DNA of 64,000 bases from Candidatus Bathyarchaeota archaeon (GTDB lineage Archaea > Thermoproteota > Bathyarchaeia > TCS64): the NCBI GenBank assembly GCA_963769425.1, contig CAVYLP010000003.1, positions 224,001 through 288,000 on the forward strand, given 5' to 3'. The notes below the pieces were generated by a model that did no database searches, was not told the origin of the DNA, and saw only the letters and a program-made list of their open reading frames with translations. Positions 1 through 9,650 of this stretch are shown piece by piece; the stretch's first letter is position 1, and every line of letters begins with the position of its first letter. The translations under genes were made by a program, and so were the position numbers.

Positions 1-17
1 TGATCGATGGTAGGGAG

Positions 18-1091
18 GTGCTGATACTCTGTAGCAACAACTACCTCGGGTTAACGACCCACCCGAAACTCAAGGAGGCCGCCATCCAAGCGACCCTCAA
101 ATACGGCGTCGGCTCGGGGGCTGTGAGGGCGATCTCGGGTACCATGGATCTGCATATGGAACTCGAAAGAAGGCTCGCCAAGTTCAAGAGATCAGAAGCA
201 TCGCTCACCTACCCGACCGGGTTCCAAGCAAACTCAGGGCTTATCCCCCAGCTCGTTGGCGAGCAAGACCTGATCATCAGCGACGAACTCAACCACGGCA
301 GCATTATCGATGGAGTCCGCCTTTCGAGAGGGGAAAGAACAGTCTACAAACACAACGACATGAATGACTTAGCCAGAGTCCTAAGCGACGCCGAAAAGCA
401 CGTCCCCCCGTACAGGCGGATCCTAATCATCACCGACGGCGTCTTCAGCATGGACGGAGATATAGCACAACTTGATCAAGTCGCTAAACTAGGCGCTGAA
501 CACGGTGCCATGGTGTACGTCGACGACGCCCACGGCGAGGGTGTCCTAGGAGAAGGAGGCAGGGGAATCCTGAGCCACTTCCACCTCGACCATAAGAAAG
601 TACACGTCGAGATGGGGACCTTCAGCAAGGCCTACGGAACTGTGGGAGGTCACATTTCCGGCTCAGAAGACCTTGTAAAGTTCGCGTGGAACAAGAGCCG
701 AACATGGCTACTAAGCTCATCCCAACCTCCTCCAGTAGTGGCATCAACAATAGCCGCGATAGATGTCCTCGAGAAGGAGACGGAGCATGTTAAGAACCTG
801 TGGGAGAACACACGATACTTTAAAAAAGCCGTAGAGGATCTCGGCTTCAACACTGGTATGTCGCAAACACCGATCATTCCGATTATTGTCGGTGAAAGTC
901 ACGTGGCAAAGACGCTAGCGGATAAACTGTATGAGAGGAGCATCTTCGTGGTCCCCATAGTCTTCCCCATGGTATCGCGAGATAAAGCAAGGATCAGGGT
1001 CCAGATGAGCGCCAAGCTAAATAAAGGACAACTGGACGATGTGATATCAAAGCTCGAGACTATAGGACGAGAAATTAAGATAATCGGATAA
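18..1091 (+). CDS. Glycine C-acetyltransferase / 8-amino-7-oxononanoate synthase family PLP enzyme (5' end probably outside window)
   Basis: CSNNYLGL, SDELNHGSIIDG, DGVFSMDGD, DDAHGEG and GTFSKAYG (PLP Lys) motifs. Confidence 0.9.
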   Translation: MLILCSNNYLGLTTHPKLKEAAIQATLKYGVGSGAVRAISGTMDLHMELERRLAKFKRSEASLTYPTGFQANSGLIPQLVGEQDLIISDELNHGSIIDGVRLSRGERTVYKHNDMNDLARVLSDAEKHVPPYRRILIITDGVFSMDGDIAQLDQVAKLGAEHGAMVYVDDAHGEGVLGEGGRGILSHFHLDHKKVHVEMGTFSKAYGTVGGHISGSEDLVKFAWNKSRTWLLSSSQPPPVVASTIAAIDVLEKETEHVKNLWENTRYFKKAVEDLGFNTGMSQTPIIPIIVGESHVAKTLADKLYERSIFVVPIVFPMVSRDKARIRVQMSAKLNKGQLDDVISKLETIGREIKIIG

Positions 1092-1133
1092 ACTTCATCT
1101 TTTGTCTCAGATATTATAGACGTAAATTAATAT

Positions 1134-1914
1134 TTATTTGAAATACTCGGTTATTCGCTTGCCGCCCCTGAGTTTCAAGACCTCGGCACAATACTGGGGC
1201 GACAGTGCCTTGAACTCGTAACCCAAAGAGGCTAGGACCTCCTGTGCCCCATCGGCCAAGGTGGGGGCGACGAGGATTGCACGAACCCTCCGGTTAGAGT
1301 CGAGGTTTATGACGTCCATGTACTTCTTCAGCTGGAGCACCGCCTTCTTTGTCGCCTTGACTCTCTTTATTTCAATGACTGTCAGCACGTTGTCTCTGTC
1401 CACGCCTAACACGTCTATGAACCCGGGGTCGACCGGTTTCTCGCTGGTGATCGGCCTGAAACCCTCTTCGATAATGGATGGCTGGGTTAAGATTGCTTGC
1501 TGCATGTCGTTTTCGGTTGCATAGAGGTTGAACGCGCCGGAGTCTTTCAGGTCGAGTATTGAGACCAGCTTTAAGGCTGGTGAAGGTGATCTCCATGACC
1601 TCGTGGTCCTTCCTACGATAGACGCGTATGACAAGTTTATCGTTCCGAAGCTTCGTCTGGAAGAGGCTACCGGGGGGTTGCCAGTTTACCGGGGAATAGT
1701 CTTTAGGTCGGTGGATTAGGGCTGAGCCATCCGATTTGAGAATGATTAATCGCTCTCCTGGTCCGAGGCTTGAGCTAGCTCTACCCTCGTATTCTACGCT
1801 GCAGTTTCCAGCTAGGATCACCAGCTTCTTGTGAGATATCCCTGACTTCACGACGGTGAGCGCTTCTTCGAGGGAGGGTGCCTCGAGGATGGTCTGCCTC
1901 GGTGCCTTTTCCAA
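1134..1914 (-). CDS. nucS: Endonuclease NucS/EndoMS, split by a +1 frameshift near 1571 (probable assembly indel)
   Basis: N-half CSVEYEGRASSSLGPGERLIILKSDGSALIH..PVNWQPPG; C-half GFIDVLGVD..VIEIKR..AVLQLKKY; removing one A from CTTAAAGCTG joins the two frames. Confidence 0.85.
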
Positions 1915-1916
1915 GG

Positions 1917-2642
1917 TTAGCCCACGCTTGTCACTATCGTCGTCCAAGGTGCGTTCATCTTCAGGTCGGTGAGTTTCAGGTCCTCGATGGCTCCATTTAG
2001 CATGAAGGTGCCGTGGCCGGGGTATATTCGGTCTGGGCATTCAGCGATAAGTCGTTTCAGACTCGTCTTCCACGCAGCAAGATCGAACCCCGGACCATTG
2101 ATGAACCCGAGCCGTCCCGTGGTTGAAGCGATGTCTCCGGTGAAGATCGCTTTTTTTCCATCTCTTTCCGTCATACTAACTGAGATACAACCAGGTGTGT
2201 GTCCGGGGGTATGGATGATGCCGAGATGAGCTTCACCCACGTTTAGATGGTCATTATTCTCAAGAACTCCGTCTAGCTTTGGCGCATTGAACATGATTCC
2301 TCTGGCTTTTGCCATTTCCACGAGAACGCACTCATCGAGGTTAGCTATGGAGTCCGAATCGCTCTTGTGGGCTACCAGTCTACATCCCGTTAGCTCCTTG
2401 AGTTCGTTTGCACCACCGATGTGGTCGAAGTGGCAGTGAGTCAGGATTGCGGTTTTAATGGCTCTCGGATCGAATCCGTCCTCTTTCACATTCGCCAAGA
2501 TCCTCTTTACGCCGAGTCCGCCCCCGGCATCTATGAGGATCGACTCCCCCCCGCAGTCAATCAGGTAGACGTTGCAGTCCCCAGTCGCGGACAAGCCATA
2601 GGCGGAGCCTCCGACGAGATAAACGGAATCGGTCAGCTTCAT
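1917..2642 (-). CDS. MBL-fold metallo-hydrolase
   Basis: THCHFDHIGG, HTPGHTPG, FTGD and PGHG motifs. Confidence 0.9.
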   Translation of the reverse strand: MKLTDSVYLVGGSAYGLSATGDCNVYLIDCGGESILIDAGGGLGVKRILANVKEDGFDPRAIKTAILTHCHFDHIGGANELKELTGCRLVAHKSDSDSIANLDECVLVEMAKARGIMFNAPKLDGVLENNDHLNVGEAHLGIIHTPGHTPGCISVSMTERDGKKAIFTGDIASTTGRLGFINGPGFDLAAWKTSLKRLIAECPDRIYPGHGTFMLNGAIEDLKLTDLKMNAPWTTIVTSVG

Positions 2643-2916
2643 TGAAATCGAATAAAGGTCGCCCGCGGAGGTTAAAAATCGTTGGCTGAGGTCGGAAAAT
2701 GTCATGGACGAGATTCTTGGCCAATGCCTCGCTTCGATCAACCGATCTGCCTATTGAGGCCACGTTCATCTTTCATCAAATTTGCACGCCGTAGGAAATA
2801 GTGTACGAGGATCGAGTCTAGATCGGTGGCCATTGCCTAGGCCTTATAAAATGTATACCTTCAAGATTAAGGCCACAAAATCTATCCAAGAGTCTAAAGA
2901 CCAGAAACTATCACAA

Positions 2917-3093
2917 CTATGTATCAGGGTTAAGGTCCCTAAACTGGGACGTCATCTTGGGAAGATGAACGGCGTTAAACTCCTCCAGCTTATCTGGGTG
3001 TGTTAGCTTAACGTGGAATCTTACGCCACCCGGGCTCGACGATTTCCTGGGGCAGTAAGGGCAGCTAAACTCTCTTGCCTGTTGAGTGCTCAA
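2917..3093 (-). CDS. 58-aa single C2H2 zinc-finger protein (not in the ORF track)
   Basis: Manual translation MSTQQAREFSCPYCPRKSSSPGGVRFHVKLTHPDKLEEF...; C-x2-C-x12-H-x4-H; TTG start preceded by GGAGG. Confidence 0.75.
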   Translation of the reverse strand: MSTQQAREFSCPYCPRKSSSPGGVRFHVKLTHPDKLEEFNAVHLPKMTSQFRDLNPDT

Positions 3094-3194
3094 GCAAACC
3101 CTCCGATTTAAGTATAGTGACTATGGTCTATAACACTTTTTCTCGATCCCAACTTGAGTTTGGATTCGCTTACTCCATCGCTTGGAACATCCAC

Positions 3195-3400
3195 GGCGGA
3201 AAATCGTTATCCCATCCTACTAGGAACCCAACTCCAGCTACTAGGAACCAGACACCGCCACAAGGAACAAGACACCGCTACATGGAACACGTGACCCCGC
3301 TGCTAGGAACAGCCAGACACCGCCACACGGAACATTGACCCCGTAGCTAGGAACACATGACGCCGCCACTAGGAACAGTGACACCGCCACTAGGAACACT
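3195..3400. repeat. Phased degenerate tandem array A1 (9 units, about 21-bp period, core CYACWAGGAAC) headed by GGCGGAAAATCGTTATCC
   Basis: GGAA at 3223, 3244, 3264, 3284, 3306, 3329, 3350, 3372, 3393. Confidence 0.9.
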
Positions 3401-3461
3401 GTCCCATCCACGGGGACAGACTAGGCGAATGCTCCCTATACCCGCTGCCCGGAATTGGCGC

Positions 3462-3690
3462 GGCGGAAAATCGTTATCCTATGCTACAAGGAATCCCATT
3501 CCTAGCTACAGGGAAGAAACTACCAGCTACAAGGAAGAAAATACCCGCTACCAGGAAGAAAGTTCCAGCTACAAGGAAGAGACAATACCAGCTACTAGGA
3601 ATTGAATTCCAGCTACCAGGAAGAAACTACCCGCTACAGGGAAGAAGACAATACCAGCTACAAGGAAGTAAGTTCCAGCTACAAGGAATA
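3462..3690. repeat. Phased tandem array A2 (10 units, TWCC(A/C)GCTAC(A/C/T)AGGAA with mostly 5-bp spacers) headed by the same 18-mer
   Basis: GGAA at 3490, 3512, 3533, 3554, 3575, 3598, 3619, 3640, 3664, 3685. Confidence 0.92.
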
Positions 3691-3709
3691 CGAGTCAGAG
3701 GAGTGGGCC

Positions 3710-4018
3710 ATGCGAGGAAGTACATATTCTCAGACTCTGAGGCTAGGGGATTAACTCGCCGGGGAGACGGAGGACGAGTCATATCCCTACATGCACCCCT
3801 ATCTCAGGGATGAGAGCTTCATAGCCAACCTCTAGGCGAGGCAAACCGGCAAGGCCTTCAACGAGATGGCAAAGCTCCTGTACTTGGCCTCAAAATACAG
3901 GGGGAGCACCTCACTCGTCACGGCCCCCAAGTTCGACCAGGTCAAGAACATCAAGCATCTAACCGACCACCTCCGGCGTATGAAGGCCAGAGACCTGGGC
4001 CTCTTCATACATCGATGA
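3710..4018 (+). pseudogene. Truncated terminase large subunit-like ATPase N-terminus with in-frame stops
   Basis: YPYMHPYLRDESFIANL*ARQTGKAF..LLYLA..LVTAPKFDQ resembles the terminase adenine-binding, Walker A (RQxGK) and 'AP..Q' segments; TAA at 3752, TAG at 3833. Confidence 0.6.
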
Positions 4019-4086
4019 GCGGAACATGAAGCCACGGGAGAGGCTTTAATAATCTAATCGATTCTAAACCACTCCGGTGGCCCCTA

Positions 4087-4443
4087 ATGAGTGAGAAGGA
4101 ATCCAAGGTCATCTGGCTCACCTGCCCCGACTGCGGCTCGAAGATAGGGATAATCCTCTCCGTCGGGAAGGCTACAGCTATAGCCCACCACGTCGAATCG
4201 GAGACGGTTGAGGAGACTGAAAACTGGCCCCCCTCCAGCTTCGAGGAGAAACTCAAAGCAGCCGGCGTCGACACGAGTTTATTAAACATCGAGGACGGCG
4301 AGGAAATGATTCTGGTCAGCCCAAAGAAGTTTCTGGGTGACCTATGGGGTCCGATAAATGAGACCATGCGCTCCCTTAGTGGGTCATGGATAAGGGAGGG
4401 CAGAGATAGTCGATGGGAGATCAAGAAAAACCCAAACCAATAA
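4087..4443 (+). CDS. Hypothetical protein with N-terminal CPDCG zinc knuckle
   Basis: Clean 118-aa ORF, LTCPDCGSKI; TTTAATAA TATA-like box upstream. Confidence 0.7.
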   Translation: MSEKESKVIWLTCPDCGSKIGIILSVGKATAIAHHVESETVEETENWPPSSFEEKLKAAGVDTSLLNIEDGEEMILVSPKKFLGDLWGPINETMRSLSGSWIREGRDSRWEIKKNPNQ

Positions 4444-4573
4444 TATCCATTTCTTTTTAACCCCCATTTTTAGATTATTTTCAACCCAGTTTAGGGTAGG
4501 GTAAACACTTCGAAACTTGCTCGAAAAAAGGGGCTTGACAAGACTTTATTCAGCTAAGGAGCACTTTAAAGCC

Positions 4574-5126
4574 ATGCAACAGGCCAACGCGGTCTACAAT
4601 AACCTCACCATACAAGTTCCTTCAAGAGGGGAGGCAGACAGCCTCCTGCAGGACGGCTACGGGCACATCAAGCGAGAAGAGGTGTTACATCCTAGAACCA
4701 TACGAGGCCCTGTATCTTGTTGAGAAGGAACGCCTCACAGTCATCGACGAGGAAGAAAGGCATATCCTCTCATTCCAGGAGATCCTGAACAGGGAACTAG
4801 TTAACGATCCCATGTTGTGGACGAGGTACATCATCTATAGGGACATAAGGGGGAGGGGATTCGTTGCCAAGTCGACAGCGAAAAATGACGTATCCTTCAG
4901 CGTTTACGAAAGGGGGGATTACCCGAAGAAGGCCCCCAGCTACGAATTATACGCACTGGTCGAAGGAATGCCCGAAACACTGGGACACATCGAAGAAAGG
5001 CTAGTCGAAGTCAGGGACTCCGGGCGGGCGCTTAAACTGGCCGTGATAGATAGAAGAGGAGAGCTTGTTTACTACGGACTTGATAGGCTTGAGCCTGAGA
5101 GACTAGGCGCCGATACACTCGAGTAG
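4574..5126 (+). CDS. endA: tRNA-intron endonuclease subunit (probably the structural one), +1 frameshift near 4670
   Basis: GYG..ILEPYEALYLVEK..RYIIYRDIRGRGF..LAVIDRRGELVYY; no clear catalytic His. Confidence 0.75.
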
Positions 5127-6395
5127 CTTGGAACGCTCAACCTTCACTTGGGCCCCAGTCTTCATATCCCGAATAGTCAGGCATCCTTCCGCGAGCTCAC
5201 GCTCACCGATTATCACGACCTTCCTCACGCCCTTCTTGTCAGCGTACTCCAACTGCTTCGAGAAGCGTCTACCGAGGAGATCGACCACCGTGGAGACTCC
5301 GACCGCCCTCAGGTCTTGAGCGACTTTTATCGCTTCACTTTTCACCGAGTCGGATATCGAGGCGATCAGCACGTCTACTCCGAGCTTGATTTCTTTGAAG
5401 CCTCCCTTTGTCTCTATCAGTGGGACGAGACGATCGATACCGAAGGATATTCCGGTTGCCGGTGTGCTCCCGCCGCCCATGAGATTAATGATCCCGTCAT
5501 ATCTCCCACCTCCAGCGATGCTTCCGTAGTCCTCGTAACCCTCTGCTAGAACCTCGAAGACTGGTCCAGTATAGTAGTCCAGACCTCTAGCGAGGCTGAG
5601 CTCGACAACGATGTACTCGGCGTAGCCAAAGGACTTCGCGTAATTAATTAACTCTCTAAGAGCCTTCAGACCGGCAAGTCCTTCAGGAGAATCAGTAAGT
5701 TTCCCCTCAGTCTCATCCAGAACCTTGGCAGGAGTACCGGTTTGGGCTAGTGATTCTAAGAGTAGATTAGCGGATTCCGCTTCCACGGACAGCTTCGCAA
5801 GCTCCTGGACAACTCCGTCTTTCCCTATTTTCAGCAGCTTGTCCACTGCCCGAATGGCTTCCAATGTGCGGTCCTGTGGAACCCCTGCTTTTTTGATGAA
5901 TGCCTCGAGTATTCTCCTGTCGTTGAGCTTTATCACGAAGCCCTCGAAGCCCATCTTCTTGAGGCAGTCGACCGCGGCAGATAGGACCTCTGCGTCAGCT
6001 ATTGAGCCACTTACACCAACCGTGTCGGCGTCGGCCTGCCAGAACTCTCTGAAACGCTTCTCGCTGGGGTTTTCGTATCTCCAGACGGTCCCCATCGCGT
6101 ACCTCTTGAAGGGCATCTGGAGTTCGCGATGCACGGCCACCACGCGTGCAAGGCTCGTCGTTAGGTCGAACCTGAGTCCAAGCTCCCTGTCCGCCTTATC
6201 CTTGAAGTAGTAGATCTGGTTTATCACGTCCTCCCCGCTCTTCAGCTTGAGTAGCTCCCAGCTCTCGAAGGCGGGTGTTCCCAGGGGCTCGAAGCCGTAG
6301 GCCTCGTAGACCCCCCGTATCTGGTCCAGGACCCAGTTCCTCTTGTACATCTCCTCGGGGAGGAAGTCCCGGGTACCGCGTGGTGGCTGGTACAT
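5103..6395 (-). CDS. hisS: Histidyl-tRNA synthetase
   Basis: PRGTRDF, LRFDLT, RFREFWQ, LARGLDYYTG, GGGRYD. Confidence 0.97.
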   Translation of the reverse strand: MYQPPRGTRDFLPEEMYKRNWVLDQIRGVYEAYGFEPLGTPAFESWELLKLKSGEDVINQIYYFKDKADRELGLRFDLTTSLARVVAVHRELQMPFKRYAMGTVWRYENPSEKRFREFWQADADTVGVSGSIADAEVLSAAVDCLKKMGFEGFVIKLNDRRILEAFIKKAGVPQDRTLEAIRAVDKLLKIGKDGVVQELAKLSVEAESANLLLESLAQTGTPAKVLDETEGKLTDSPEGLAGLKALRELINYAKSFGYAEYIVVELSLARGLDYYTGPVFEVLAEGYEDYGSIAGGGRYDGIINLMGGGSTPATGISFGIDRLVPLIETKGGFKEIKLGVDVLIASISDSVKSEAIKVAQDLRAVGVSTVVDLLGRRFSKQLEYADKKGVRKVVIIGERELAEGCLTIRDMKTGAQVKVERSKLLECIGA

Positions 6396-6668
6396 TTTGA
6401 CCGAGCCTAGATTGAAGGGATACCAGAAAAAGGTTCCGCGTTCACTTGCCGCCGATGTGGTCCTGAAGAAGAGGTCATCTATTCTTTTCCATTAATGCTC
6501 GCTCTCCTCCGGCCTCGACGTAATAGCCTTGGTGATCTTCTCCATGATGTTCAAAACAAGAGCCGGGCTAGAATAGTTAATGACTATGCTAGGTTTAATG
6601 AATCAAAATACTATGTAAGAAAAACTAGTTTCTAAGAAAAAAACCGGGAGTCTCCTTGATCCTCGGTT

Positions 6669-8088
6669 TTACTCGAAGGCTCCGCGTAGGAAGGGGTATA
6701 GGTCCGCGACCTGTTCCTGCACCATCGTCTGGTAGTACTGGTATAGTATGCTGACTGCCAGCAGGGCACCCATTCCGCTTCCGAAGACTCCGAAGAAGTC
6801 AGAGATCGCCGCAAGTGCACCGACGATTGCTCCACCGATGATTGTGATCGTCGGGATGTACCTATTCAATAGGGTCACTATGGGCTGCTTGTTCCTCCTG
6901 AAACCAGGAACCTGCATCCCTGACTCCAGTAGCTGATCTGCCATATCTTCAGCGCCCAGACCACCAATTTCAAGCCAAGTTACACTGAAAATCACACAGA
7001 AGACTATCACGATTAACGCATAGACTAGGGCTCGGAGAGGGGCAGTCAAAACTCCTTGGAGGTACCGGGTGATGTAATATAGTAGACAAGTCCACCTGTC
7101 GCGACTGGTTGGCCATTTGATGCAGTAAGTGAATGTTCCGAGCCAGTTGAGCCAGTTGTTGTCGTTTGCGACGTTCCATTTACTCCAGAGGAATTGACCT
7201 ACCATCTGGAAGTTAGCGAAGAGGGCGTAGGCGAGTATTACGGGTATGTTGGAGACGTAGAGGAGCTTTATAGGCATCCTACCGCGGTAGCCCCGGTACT
7301 GGCTGTGACTTATTGGGTAGCTCAACACGCATGCCCTCGACGTATATCACGAAGAGGAAGACTGCGATGGTCGTGAAGAACCCGATCATGTCCGGCGCCC
7401 CGTTTGCCCTGAAGAACCAGCTGTAGATGGGTACCCTCGTCCAGATTCCTTGGAAGAATGCCACGATGGCACCGTATGCCCTACCATCGTAGTTGATGAA
7501 GCTGAAGCTCATCCACCAGATGTTCGCTGTGATGCCTCCTACGATGAAGAGGCTTATCCCGCTGCCGATACCCCAGCCCTTCTGCACCAACTCATCGAGG
7601 AGCATGATGATGAGTCCCGCGACAAGCAGCTGTGCAAATATCAACAATGCCTTAGTAAGGGTGACTGAGCCGTACTGGCCGCTGACGATGTATAGTGAGG
7701 CCTGGATAATGATCATGACTATGGAGAAGAATTTACTCGCGGTCGTGAATAGCCCGCGGTCCTCTGCGCTGCTCCTATCGAATGATATGATGTCTGAGCC
7801 GGCGAGCAGCTGGATTATCAGTCCAGCTGTCACTATGGGGCCTATTCCGAGCTCCATGAGGGTCCCTCTCGCTGAGGCGAAGATGACCCTGTACGCCGTG
7901 AAGGTGTCTCCTGACGTCGTTACGGGTATCCCGTAGAGCGGGATCTCGGACATGATGAAGTAAATAAGTAGGGCAAGGAGCGTCCAGATGAGCCTGTTTT
8001 GGAAGCTCACCTTTCTCTCCGGTGGCTTTACCTCTGGTATGACCCGGGAGATGGGCTTGAAGAGCTCGAGGAAGCGCAAAGCTATCAC
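6669..8088 (-). CDS. secY: Preprotein translocase SecY (frameshift near 7313 and a garbled segment about 7060-7130; probable assembly errors)
   Basis: LMELGIGPIVTA, DELVQKGWGIGSGISLF, PIKLLYVSNIP, QVPGFRR; follows rpl15. Confidence 0.93.
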
Positions 8089-8510
8089 TCTACTATAGAG
8101 CCGCCGGCTTCCTCTAATTTATTTTTGGCACCAGCGGAAGCGGACTCGACCCGGACCTTGAGCGCTGTGGATATGCTTCCTCTTCCGAGGAGCTTTCCGA
8201 TGCCGACTTCGGCTAGGTCAAGTTCCATTCCACTCTTCAAAGCTTCTGCACCCATAAGCTTTACCGCGAGGTCCTCTAGTTCCCCGATGTTGATCGTGGC
8301 GGGCAGCGGCTTGAGCGACGATGGTGGCACGAAGCCGATGCGCCTGTATCTGTTCGGGTTGAACTTCACGGTTTGGATCCAGAAGTGCTTGTGGCCTCCG
8401 GCGTAGCCCTTTCCTCCTCGGCTGCCGGACTTGCGGTGCTGGCCGACCTGGCCCCAGCCGCAGTATCTCGATCCGCGGTATCTGCGTGTTCTTCTCAGAT
8501 CGTGAGGCAT
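8085..8510 (-). CDS. rpl15: Ribosomal protein uL15
   Basis: RGSRYCGWG..GSRGGKG, KLLGRG; operon position. Confidence 0.95.
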   Translation of the reverse strand: MPHDLRRTRRYRGSRYCGWGQVGQHRKSGSRGGKGYAGGHKHFWIQTVKFNPNRYRRIGFVPPSSLKPLPATINIGELEDLAVKLMGAEALKSGMELDLAEVGIGKLLGRGSISTALKVRVESASAGAKNKLEEAGGSIVE

Positions 8511-8529
8511 TATTTTTCACCTATACTCC

Positions 8530-9003
8530 TTAGCACATTCTCTTGATGAGCTCGTTTATGGCCTCTCCCCTGTAGCCTAGCTCACCGTGGTCGTTGTATG
8601 GACGCTTGACTGTCCTCTTGAATCCCTTCTTTGGGGGGTGCATTCTGAAGAAGGGTTTAATTCCGTTCAGTTGACTGAACTCGATCTCACCGGAGACGAT
8701 CGCATTTGCGAGTTTGTCTAGGCTCTCGTACCCGAGTTCCTTAAGGGACTCCTCGGTGACTTTCTGGTCGCCTACTCGTTTGCCCCTCTTCTCGAGGAGG
8801 GTCTTGACGGTCTCTACGTCAGGCTCGCCCCATGTGAGGTAATCCTTAGCCTTTCTGAGCATGCCTGTGTATGATGAGCTTTCCCTGAGGATCGTAGCGT
8901 AGTTGTTACGTTCCATGCGCAACATGGTGAGGGTGGCCTCGACGGTTTTTCGGGCATCGACGCCGCCTCTTATGCGAACGACGAAGAAAGTTTTGCCTGC
9001 CAT
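8530..9003 (-). CDS. rpl30: Ribosomal protein uL30
   Basis: VVRIRG, FRMHPPKKGF, GELGYRG. Confidence 0.95.
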   Translation of the reverse strand: MAGKTFFVVRIRGGVDARKTVEATLTMLRMERNNYATILRESSSYTGMLRKAKDYLTWGEPDVETVKTLLEKRGKRVGDQKVTEESLKELGYESLDKLANAIVSGEIEFSQLNGIKPFFRMHPPKKGFKRTVKRPYNDHGELGYRGEAINELIKRMC

Positions 9004-9005
9004 TG

Positions 9006-9650
9006 TTACATCGTCCACTCCTGTGGGGTCATGATCTTACTGGTCTGCTTCAGCGCCTCGAATGTGGCGAATGCGAATGAGGTAGTTGTGGTTGTTGTAC
9101 CCGTTGCCTTGGACCAGCAATCCTTTACCCCTGCTAGCTGGAGGACGACCTTCGCTGTGTCGCCGACGACTAGGCCGAGCCCCTGAGGACCTGGTAGGAG
9201 GGTTAGGACAACGCTCCCAGCTTTTCCGCTTACACGGAAGGGTAGGGAGTGATTCTCACCGCAGCCGCATTCCCAGCTACCGCAGCCCCTCTTTATCGGG
9301 TAGAGGTTTAGCTTCGCCATTCGTATTCCCTTCTCAATGGCGTTGCGGACGCGCTTCGCCTTGCCGGTTCCCAGACCGATAAGTCCGTTGCCGTTGCCTA
9401 CCGCGACGACTGCGCGGAACCGTGAGTTCTCTCCGGCGTCCGTCTGCTTCTGGACCATAGCGATGTCGATTACCTCGTCTTTGAGGTCCTGGACTAGGAA
9501 GTCGATTACCTCGACCTCCCTGACCTTGTAGCCCTCGCGGAATATGTCCCCTATGGAGGTGATCTGGCCTTCTTTGACCATCTTGCCAAGCTGTGTGCGG
9601 GGTACCCAGTCCTCTAGCGAGGGGCCTTCTCTATCGTATTGTCTACTCAT
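9006..9650 (-). CDS. rps5: Ribosomal protein uS5
   Basis: WVPRTQLG, VQKQTDAG, RGCGSWEC. Confidence 0.97.
   Translation of the reverse strand: MSRQYDREGPSLEDWVPRTQLGKMVKEGQITSIGDIFREGYKVREVEVIDFLVQDLKDEVIDIAMVQKQTDAGENSRFRAVVAVGNGNGLIGLGTGKAKRVRNAIEKGIRMAKLNLYPIKRGCGSWECGCGENHSLPFRVSGKAGSVVLTLLPGPQGLGLVVGDTAKVVLQLAGVKDCWSKATGTTTTTTSFAFATFEALKQTSKIMTPQEWTM

Noticed and set aside
3195-3690. CRISPR array
   Set aside because: Units are 20-24 bp in total with only short linkers, the repeats are degenerate, and there are no cas genes in the window.
3075-3813. ORFs 3075-3338, 3357-3605 and 3481-3813 (also 40035-40442) as repeat proteins
   Set aside because: Repeat spacings of 20, 22 and 23 bp shift the frame, so the peptide motif (PATRN) jumps between frames; these are by-products of the DNA repeat.
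3833-3835. Pyrrolysine read-through of the TAG in the terminase-like frame
   Set aside because: The frame also contains a TAA, ends after about 100 codons, and no pyl genes are visible.
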